Source: a virus (lineage: Duplodnaviria; Heunggongvirae; Uroviricota; Caudoviricetes). Taken from it: a DNA stretch of 4,189 nucleotides. The notes under the pieces were generated by a model, which was given only the letters and a program-made list of their open reading frames with translations, was not told the DNA's origin and searched no databases. Numbering within the stretch: the stretch's first letter is position 1; each line of letters opens with the position of its first letter. Below, piece by piece: positions 1 through 4,189 of the stretch. The stretch spans positions 1 through 4,189 of IMG/VR virus record IMGVR_UViG_2663762627_000001, one strand, 5' to 3'. Position numbers and translations under genes: made by a program.

Positions 1-231
1 GCCTTTGAGGTCGTGGTATGGATGACGGATGGCTGGCCGCTGTATGAATCCCGCCTGAAGGGAAAGCTGCACGTAATCAGCAAGCGTTACACTCAGCGCA
101 TTGAGCGACATAACCTGAATCTGAGACAACATCTGGCAAGGCTGGGACGGAAGTCACTGTCGTTCTCAAAATCGGTGGAGCTGCATGACAAAGTCATCGG
201 GCATTATCTGAACATAAAACACTATCAGTAA
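1..231 (+). CDS. insB: IS1 transposase InsB, C-terminal portion (5'-partial; stop TAA at 229-231)
   Basis: In-frame translation from position 1; the ORF track entry 13..231 begins at an internal GTG. Protein-level recognition of the InsB C-terminus. Confidence 0.9.
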   Translation, partial: AFEVVVWMTDGWPLYESRLKGKLHVISKRYTQRIERHNLNLRQHLARLGRKSLSFSKSVELHDKVIGHYLNIKHYQ

Positions 232-246
232 GTTGGAGTCATTACC
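224..246. repeat. IS1 terminal inverted repeat (outer end at about 246)
   Basis: The 23 bp atcagtaagttggagtcattacc is the reverse complement of the IS1 terminal repeat GGTAATGACTCCAACTTATTGAT as recalled, with one mismatch. Confidence 0.75.
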
Positions 247-433
247 AGCCATATGTTTTGCGCATGACAGCCAGGAAGACCAGAAGCTGGTGCTGTGTTA
301 ATCCGGCCAGCATTACAGCTTCCAGCAACTCATTTGCAATGCGCGTATAACCATCATCGAGATCTGCCACGCGCGGCTCCTTTTGTGCCATATCCGGCAC
401 TGGAAAATTGAATATCTCAGCAGTGTTTGCCAT
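242..433 (-). pseudogene. Replication initiator O-like gene, N-terminal fragment only, interrupted by IS1
   Basis: The minus-strand product MANTAEIFNFPVPDMAQKEPRVADLDDGYTRIANELLEAVMLAGLTQHQLLVFLAVMRKTYGW aligns with the N-terminus of lambda O (…VADLDDGYARLSNMLLEA…LLAILRKTYGW, from memory). The frame stops at a TAA (242-244) lying inside the IS1 terminal repeat, directly after the W codon (245-247). Start assigned to the ATG at 433-431, which sits 4 nt after a GGGAGG ribosome-binding site; the ORF track's longer form starts at 523. Confidence 0.8.
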
Positions 434-519
434 AATTCCTCCCGCAATGAGTGCGTTACGATTTGCACCTGAAAGTCGGTTCTGTTCCCGCAGACCGGCT
501 TTCGCCATTTCTGAACCTG

Positions 520-1059
520 TCATATTGCCCCCAGCATGGTGGTAACCATCGCCATCAATGGACCAGCCAGATCAGGATCCACACGAAACATCGACACAAT
601 GCCTTCACTCATCTCCTTCAGTTTCTGGTGGCGTGGTGCGTTGAGAATGACCGCCTGTTTTGCCTCGCTGAGCTCCTTTTCCATTTCAACCAGTCGAGCC
701 ATGAAGCTATCCTGCTCAACCAGGTGGCCGCGATATTTCAGCGGTAGTACTGCCAGAATTGCTGGAGTCAGTTCACGCACGTTATTTCGGTATTTTTCAG
801 AATCGAATTTGTTATCGAGAAAGCGGAACAGCTTCTGGCGTGCACGACTGACATCATCAGGAAAATCGATAGTGCCGCCGCCCTGTGCTCGATACTCATT
901 CACAATGAGTGCGGCAACGACATCCTGATTATCTACAGCCGACCAGGCGCGGACGGCATCACGGATTTTTTCGTGGCCTGGCACCTGTTTTATTTGAGAA
1001 CGATTTATCACCGCAGTCGGGATAAATCCGCTAGTCTGTTGGTATGTAATTGGTTGCAT
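520..1059 (-). CDS. CII-position regulatory protein, probably YdaT-family (179 aa from the ATG at 1059; the ORF track's 190-aa form starts at 1092)
   Basis: Long minus-strand ORF directly downstream of cro and upstream of the O-like gene. The ATG at 1059-1057 has an AAGGA ribosome-binding site 9 nt upstream; the ATG at 1092 has none. Motifs EYRAQGGG and LTPAILAVLP are reminiscent of YdaT-family proteins (family assignment from memory, not verified). Its stop overlaps the upstream in-frame ATG of the O frame in an ATGA arrangement (520-523). Confidence 0.6.
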   Translation of the reverse strand: MQPITYQQTSGFIPTAVINRSQIKQVPGHEKIRDAVRAWSAVDNQDVVAALIVNEYRAQGGGTIDFPDDVSRARQKLFRFLDNKFDSEKYRNNVRELTPAILAVLPLKYRGHLVEQDSFMARLVEMEKELSEAKQAVILNAPRHQKLKEMSEGIVSMFRVDPDLAGPLMAMVTTMLGAI

Positions 1060-1082
1060 AATTGATTCCTTTAGTCTGAATT

Positions 1083-1128
1083 GACTGTTCATCAGTCTGT
1101 TAAGTTGATTGCTTATTGTTAAAGAACG
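1083..1128 (-). promoter_or_regulatory. Candidate nutR-like site: boxA-like element plus a small hairpin, between cro and the CII-position gene
   Basis: Minus strand 1128->1115 reads CGTTCTTTAACAAT, one mismatch from the rrn/lambdoid boxA core (T/C)GCTCTTTAACAA as I recall it. 17 nt further downstream, GACTG-ATGAA-CAGTC (1097->1083) forms a 5-bp stem with a 5-nt loop, the same geometry as boxB. Position matches lambda nutR. Confidence 0.35.
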
Positions 1129-1140
1129 TGAAAAGGAAAT

Positions 1141-1371
1141 TTAAGCTGCATTCTTTTCGGTATGTGGAAACAACTTCGGAAGATCCGGGCGAATCTGGTA
1201 TGCCTTAACTACCCCGCCAGTAGCCGTAACAATGCTGCCGACATGTTCAGGGGATACCTTTGCTTTGTTGTGTAGCCACTTATAGACGGCCTGCTGTGAA
1301 ACTTCGCAGGCATCGCCCAGTTTCTTTTGTGAACCGACGATATTGATCGCGGTTTTGATTGCTGGGTTCAT
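1141..1371 (-). CDS. cro: Cro-like HTH repressor (76 aa)
   Basis: Minus-strand ORF divergent from the repressor gene, with a GGAGG ribosome-binding site 5 nt upstream of the ATG (1371-1369). The product MNPAIKTAINIVGSQKKLGDACEVSQQAVYKWLHNKAKV…VKAYQIRPDLPKLFPHTEK has the same pattern as lambda Cro (…[20 protein letters not shown]…VYAEEVKPFPSNKK). Confidence 0.85.
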   Translation of the reverse strand: MNPAIKTAINIVGSQKKLGDACEVSQQAVYKWLHNKAKVSPEHVGSIVTATGGVVKAYQIRPDLPKLFPHTEKNAA

Positions 1372-1398
1372 AACAACCTCCGTGGTTAACTTGAATTA

Positions 1399-1470
1399 AG
1401 ATTAAAACCATGGTTGTTTTTAGTCAACAACCATTTTCGTTTGATGAAATAAAACCTTGGTTGTACATTT
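1399..1470. promoter_or_regulatory. OR-like divergent control region with three operator candidates and PR-like/PRM-like promoters
   Basis: Two perfect 10-bp palindromes, AACCATGGTT (1406-1415) and AACCTTGGTT (1453-1462), flank a half-site-only copy AACCATTTTC (1429-1438); centre spacing is 23 and 24 bp. Minus-strand TTGACT (1427-1422) followed by an AT-rich -10 candidate TAATCT (1404-1399) would drive cro. Plus-strand TTGATG (1441-1446), a 17-bp spacer and TACATT (1464-1469) would place a transcription start at about the cI ATG, giving a leaderless message as at lambda PRM. Confidence 0.5.
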
Positions 1471-1475
1471 GGTCT

Positions 1476-2165
1476 ATGAAAACAACACTCTCAGAAAGAC
1501 TTAAAGAAGCCAGATTAGCGCGAGGCCTTACACAAAAGGCGCTTGGGGATATGGTCGGGGTTAGCCAGGCTGCCATTCAGAAAATCGAAACAGGGAAAGC
1601 TAACCAAACAACTAAAATCGTGGAGATCGCAAACGCTTTAGGTGTGCGCGCAGAATGGTTATCTTCTGGCGTTGGAAATATGTCAGACAGTACCGTGCAA
1701 CCAATACAATCAACTGTCAGCCATTCAAAATACTTCAAGATTGACGTTCTTGATATAGAAGTCAGTGCCGGACCGGGTGTCATCAACCGTGAGTTTGTGG
1801 AAGTTCTACGCTCGGTTGAGTACTCGTTTGACGATGCTCGTCACATGTTCGATGGCAGGAAGGCGGAAAATATCCGCATCATTAACGTGCGCGGTGACAG
1901 CATGTCAGGGACGATCGAACCAGGTGACCTGCTGTTCGTTGATATCACTGTTAAATCTTTCGACGGTGATGGCATCTATGCGTTTCTGTACGACGACACT
2001 GCCCATGTAAAACGTCTTCAAATGATGAAGGATAAGCTGCTGGTTATCTCTGATAACAAGAGCTACTCGCCGTGGGACCCGATCGAGAAAGACGAGATGA
2101 ACCGGGTGTTCATATTCGGTAAGGTCATTGGAAGCATGCCGCAGACGTACAGGAAGCATGGTTAA
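1476..2165 (+). CDS. cI: CI-like prophage repressor (N-terminal HTH, C-terminal S24/LexA-type autoprotease domain), 229 aa
   Basis: The HTH segment LSERLKEARLARGLTQKALGDMVGVSQAAIQKIETGK begins right after the ATG at 1476. The C-terminal half carries a candidate Ala-Gly cleavage site (VSAGPG), the catalytic serine motif GDSM and the lysine motif HVKRL. The ORF track's upstream start at 1410 would run through the operators, so 1476 is preferred. Stop TAA at 2163-2165. Confidence 0.9.
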   Translation: MKTTLSERLKEARLARGLTQKALGDMVGVSQAAIQKIETGKANQTTKIVEIANALGVRAEWLSSGVGNMSDSTVQPIQSTVSHSKYFKIDVLDIEVSAGPGVINREFVEVLRSVEYSFDDARHMFDGRKAENIRIINVRGDSMSGTIEPGDLLFVDITVKSFDGDGIYAFLYDDTAHVKRLQMMKDKLLVISDNKSYSPWDPIEKDEMNRVFIFGKVIGSMPQTYRKHG

Positions 2166-2340
2166 TTTATCTACGACTTAAGGGAGCGAAGGTTAAGGTT
2201 TATACCACTCGGATTAGATATTGCACTAAATTCTCTATAAGAACGCCAAATCTGTTTGCATATTTCAGTAAATATTCTCGTTGTTAGCTGAAATTTGTTG
2301 CTACTGTCAGCAAAATGTCCCCCTATCTCGTAGCGGTTTT

Positions 2341-2386
2341 TATTTCGAATCATTATGTTAAGATGTTTCTGATTATAATGAATGGA
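2341..2386 (+). promoter_or_regulatory. Candidate promoter for the lipoprotein gene
   Basis: Perfect TATAAT at 2374-2379 with TG at 2370-2371, 16 bp upstream of the ATG at 2395, in an AT-rich intergenic tract. No good -35 hexamer; the leader would be very short. Confidence 0.3.
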
Positions 2387-2394
2387 AACATAAA

Positions 2395-2775
2395 ATGAGA
2401 AAAATCCTAATCGCTGCCATGATGGCATCTCTATTGGCTGGGTGTGCTTCTTCAGGCAACCAGCAACTCAAAAATGAAACTGAAATTAGTGTCCAGTCTA
2501 AACTTCAGGAAGGTAAAACAACCAAGAATGAGGTTAAATCTTACTTTGGTTCTCCTGATGCTGTTTCATATACTGACAGTGGAAACGAGATCTGGAAGTA
2601 CGCCTTTGCAAAAGTAAAAGTTAATGGCACCACTTTTATTCCATTCTATGGATTATTCCATAATGGAACGAACGGTACGAAAAAAGAACTTACTATTCTT
2701 TTTAACGATGACACGATTAAGAAATACACAATGTCAGAAACCCAAATAAACTCGAAATCAGGTTGGGCTGACTGA
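2395..2775 (+). CDS. Outer-membrane lipoprotein of unknown function (126 aa), in the rexAB-equivalent slot; fold possibly BamE/SmpA-OmlA-like
   Basis: Signal peptide MRKILIAAMMASLLAG followed by lipobox LAGC; the residue after the Cys is Ala, consistent with outer-membrane sorting. Mature region has a pattern resembling BamE: GKTTKNEV…FGSPD…EIWKY…ELTILFNDD versus BamE GMTQQQV…LGTP…NTWFY…TLTLTFNSS. Codon usage is clearly more AT-rich than flanking genes, and the gene has its own terminator. Confidence 0.85.
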   Translation: MRKILIAAMMASLLAGCASSGNQQLKNETEISVQSKLQEGKTTKNEVKSYFGSPDAVSYTDSGNEIWKYAFAKVKVNGTTFIPFYGLFHNGTNGTKKELTILFNDDTIKKYTMSETQINSKSGWAD

Positions 2776-2783
2776 TAATCATA

Positions 2784-2810
2784 CCCGGCAACCGCGCCGG
2801 GTTTTCTTTT
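2784..2810 (+). terminator. Rho-independent terminator after the lipoprotein gene
   Basis: Stem CCCGGC (2784-2789) / GCCGGG (2796-2801) with loop AACCGC, followed by TTTTCTTTT (2802-2810). Confidence 0.8.
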
Positions 2811-2904
2811 CCTCCCCCTCATAACTCATACCGTCCAAAAAACCACCACACCTCACTTCAGTTATCGCTATGCGATGCAAGTCACAAAATAAATCCATCC
2901 TAAA

Positions 2905-2985
2905 TACAACCAGTTATATTTAAAACAACCGACAAAACAACTTTTGTTGTTGACGATAAAACAACTATAGTTTTAAATAAATTCA
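2905..2985 (+). promoter_or_regulatory. pL/OL-like region: candidate promoter and repeated operator-like motifs
   Basis: TTGACG (2950-2955), a 17-bp spacer, then TTAAAT (2973-2978). The ACAACC-type motif seen in OR recurs here: TACAACCA (2905-2912), AAAACAACC (2922-2930), the inverted repeat AACAAC-TTTT-GTTGTT (2936-2951) overlapping the -35, and AAAACAAC (2958-2965). Confidence 0.4.
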
Positions 2986-3034
2986 TCGCAACGACACAAC
3001 GATACGGTAACCACCTGTTTCACCGTTGCGATGA
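2983..3034. repeat. Perfect 11-bp inverted repeat with a 30-bp spacer in the pL leader
   Basis: TCATCGCAACG (2983-2993) and its exact reverse complement CGTTGCGATGA (3024-3034), immediately downstream of the candidate pL -10. Confidence 0.7.
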
Positions 3035-3255
3035 CCGCTTAGATCCGCAGTTTGAATTTCAGCAGGCTTCGGGGAGTGCGAGGGGTGAAACGGACGCGTG
3101 AACGTCGGTGTGACCAGCTGAAATCAACACAACACTTTATACCTCAGTCGCTTCAACGAGGCGGCTTAGTTATGACAACCGGCGGCCATCCACCGCCTGA
3201 ATACGCGCAGAAGTCTCTATATGTTCAGCAGCCCAGCTTACGGGCAGGAGTTTTT

Positions 3256-3462
3256 ATGGTTCATCAACATTACGGAACGCAGACCGTTAATCGCGGCGCG
3301 GTCATGCCAGGAATGCTGGTCAAACACAAAGATGGTACCTGGACTGCATCAGCTAATTTACGCGGGCGGCTTTATCTGCATCGCGGCATCGAGCGCACTT
3401 ATACCCGTGATTTGCTCGTAGAAGTTTTTCTCGACGGACGCGGTAACGGCCTGAATCACTAA
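3256..3462 (+). CDS. Hypothetical small protein (68 aa) in the N/kil position upstream of gam; may be the C-terminal part of a longer ORF
   Basis: ATG at 3256 has an AGGAG ribosome-binding site 5 nt upstream; stop TAA at 3460-3462. The same open frame extends upstream to a TTG at 3052, with a GTG at 3085 (GGGGAG 8 nt upstream) and an ATG at 3172 (GAGG upstream). Product MVHQHYGTQTVNRGAVMPGMLVKHKDGTWTASANLRGRLYLHRGIERTYTRDLLVEVFLDGRGNGLNH has no family I can recognise. Confidence 0.45.
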   Translation: MVHQHYGTQTVNRGAVMPGMLVKHKDGTWTASANLRGRLYLHRGIERTYTRDLLVEVFLDGRGNGLNH

Positions 3463-3538
3463 CCCCCCTTTCCTGTTTTCCTAATCAGCCTGGCATTTCG
3501 CGGGCGATATTTTCACAGCCATTTTCAGGAGTTCAGCC

Positions 3539-3835
3539 ATGAACGCTTATTACATTCAGGATCGTCTTGAGGCTCAGAGCTGGGCGCGTCACTACCAGCA
3601 GATCGCCCGTGAAGAGAAAGAGGCAGAACTGGCAGACGACATGGAAAAAGGCCTGCCCCAGCATTTGTTTGAATCGCTCTGCATCGATCATTTACAACGC
3701 TGCGGGGCCAGCAAAAAAGCCATTACCCGTGCATTTGATGACGATGTTGAGTTTCAGGAGCGCATGGCAGAACACATCCGGTACATGGTTGAAACCATTG
3801 CTCACCATCAGGTTGATATTGATTCAGAGGTATAA
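3539..3835 (+). CDS. gam: Gam, host RecBCD nuclease inhibitor (98-aa GamS form)
   Basis: Product [98 protein letters not shown] is near-identical to lambda Gam as recalled. AGGAG ribosome-binding site 8 nt upstream; stop TAA at 3833-3835. Confidence 0.95.
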   Translation: MNAYYIQDRLEAQSWARHYQQIAREEKEAELADDMEKGLPQHLFESLCIDHLQRCGASKKAITRAFDDDVEFQERMAEHIRYMVETIAHHQVDIDSEV

Positions 3836-3840
3836 AACGG

Positions 3841-4189
3841 ATGAGTACAGCACTCGCAACGCTGGCTGGGAAGCTGGCTGAACGTGTCGGCATGGATTCT
3901 GTCGACCCACAGGAACTGATCACCACTCTTCGCCAGACGGCATTTAAAGGTGATGCCAGCGATGCGCAGTTCATCGCATTGTTGATCGTCGCCAACCAGT
4001 ACGGCCTTAATCCGTGGACGAAAGAAATTTACGCCTTCCCTGACAAGCAGAACGGCATCGTTCCGGTGGTGGGCGTTGATGGCTGGTCCCGCATCATCAA
4101 TGAAAACCAGCAGTTTGATGGCATGGACTTTGAGCAGGACAATGAATCCTGCACATGCCGGATTTACCGCAAGGACCGTAATCATCCGA
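3841..4189 (+). CDS. bet: Bet (Red-beta) single-strand annealing recombinase, N-terminal 116 codons (3'-partial at window end)
   Basis: Product MSTALATLAGKLAERVGMDSVDPQELITTLRQTAFKGDASDAQFIALLIVANQYGLNPWTKEIYAFPDKQNGIVPVVGVDGWSRIINENQQFDGMDFEQDNESCTCRIYRKDRNHP matches lambda Bet as recalled; GAGG 10 nt upstream of the ATG. Confidence 0.95.
   Translation, partial: MSTALATLAGKLAERVGMDSVDPQELITTLRQTAFKGDASDAQFIALLIVANQYGLNPWTKEIYAFPDKQNGIVPVVGVDGWSRIINENQQFDGMDFEQDNESCTCRIYRKDRNHP

Larger units (their letters stand above)
1..246 (+). mobile_element. IS1 insertion sequence, right-end fragment (element continues beyond the left edge of the window)
   Basis: Reading frame from position 1 encodes ...[70 protein letters not shown], which matches the C-terminus of IS1 InsB as I recall it; it is followed by the IS1 terminal sequence ending ...TAAGTTGGAGTCATTACC at 246. 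Confidence 0.9.

Noticed and set aside
451-928. Plus-strand ORFs 451..747 and 536..928
   Set aside because: Antisense to the well-supported CII-position gene and the O-like fragment; products are low-complexity with no recognisable features.
1410-1475. Upstream ATG at 1410 as the repressor start (251-aa form)
   Set aside because: It lies inside the OR1-like palindrome and would translate through all three operators; the HTH begins right after the ATG at 1476, which also fits a leaderless PRM-type transcript.
1577-2159. ORFs 1577..1786 (-), 1765..2010 (+) and 1905..2159 (-) inside the repressor gene
   Set aside because: Alternative-frame or antisense ORFs fully embedded in the repressor gene, which has clear HTH and S24 motifs.
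2300-2330. Possible LexA box near CTACTGTCAGCAAAATGTCC
   Set aside because: Only the CTGT half is present; there is no ACAG partner at the 8-bp spacing. The 5-bp inverted repeat TTGCT/AGCAA is too short to be meaningful.
2171-2428. Minus-strand ORF of 85 aa between the repressor and lipoprotein genes
   Set aside because: Lies in an AT-rich intergenic region, has a low-complexity product, no ribosome-binding site, and overlaps the candidate promoter and the start of the lipoprotein gene.
3221-3421. Plus-strand ORF of 66 aa in an alternative frame of the N/kil-position ORF
   Set aside because: No ribosome-binding site and a cysteine-rich, low-complexity product; the overlapping frame has better start signals.
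3567-4185. ORFs 3567..3881 (+), 3723..3995 (-) and 3808..4185 (-) overlapping gam and bet
   Set aside because: Out-of-frame or antisense to gam and bet, whose products are recognisable at near-identity to lambda.
1-4189. CRISPR arrays, tRNA or rRNA genes
   Set aside because: No regularly spaced direct repeats and no tRNA-like or rRNA-like sequence noticed anywhere in the window.

Overview
This window is the immunity and early-left region of a lambdoid prophage (E. coli/Shigella type), read in the pL direction on the + strand. Left to right: the right end of an IS1 element (insB 3' end and terminal inverted repeat) inserted into a lambda-O-like replication initiator gene, truncating it after codon ~63; a 179-aa CII-position regulator (YdaT-like) and a Cro-like gene on the - strand; a divergent OR-like operator/promoter region with three operator candidates spaced 23-24 bp apart; a CI-like repressor (HTH plus S24 autoprotease) on the + strand; an AT-rich single-gene insert encoding an outer-membrane lipoprotein with its own terminator; a pL/OL-like region; one poorly defined ORF with an arginine-rich N-terminus in the N/kil position; then gam and the 5' part of bet, both near-identical to phage lambda as I recall it. 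The most unusual content is the lipoprotein in the rexAB-equivalent slot and the compact pL operon lacking recognisable N, ral, sieB and cIII. All family assignments rest on motif-level recognition and memory; no database search was possible.
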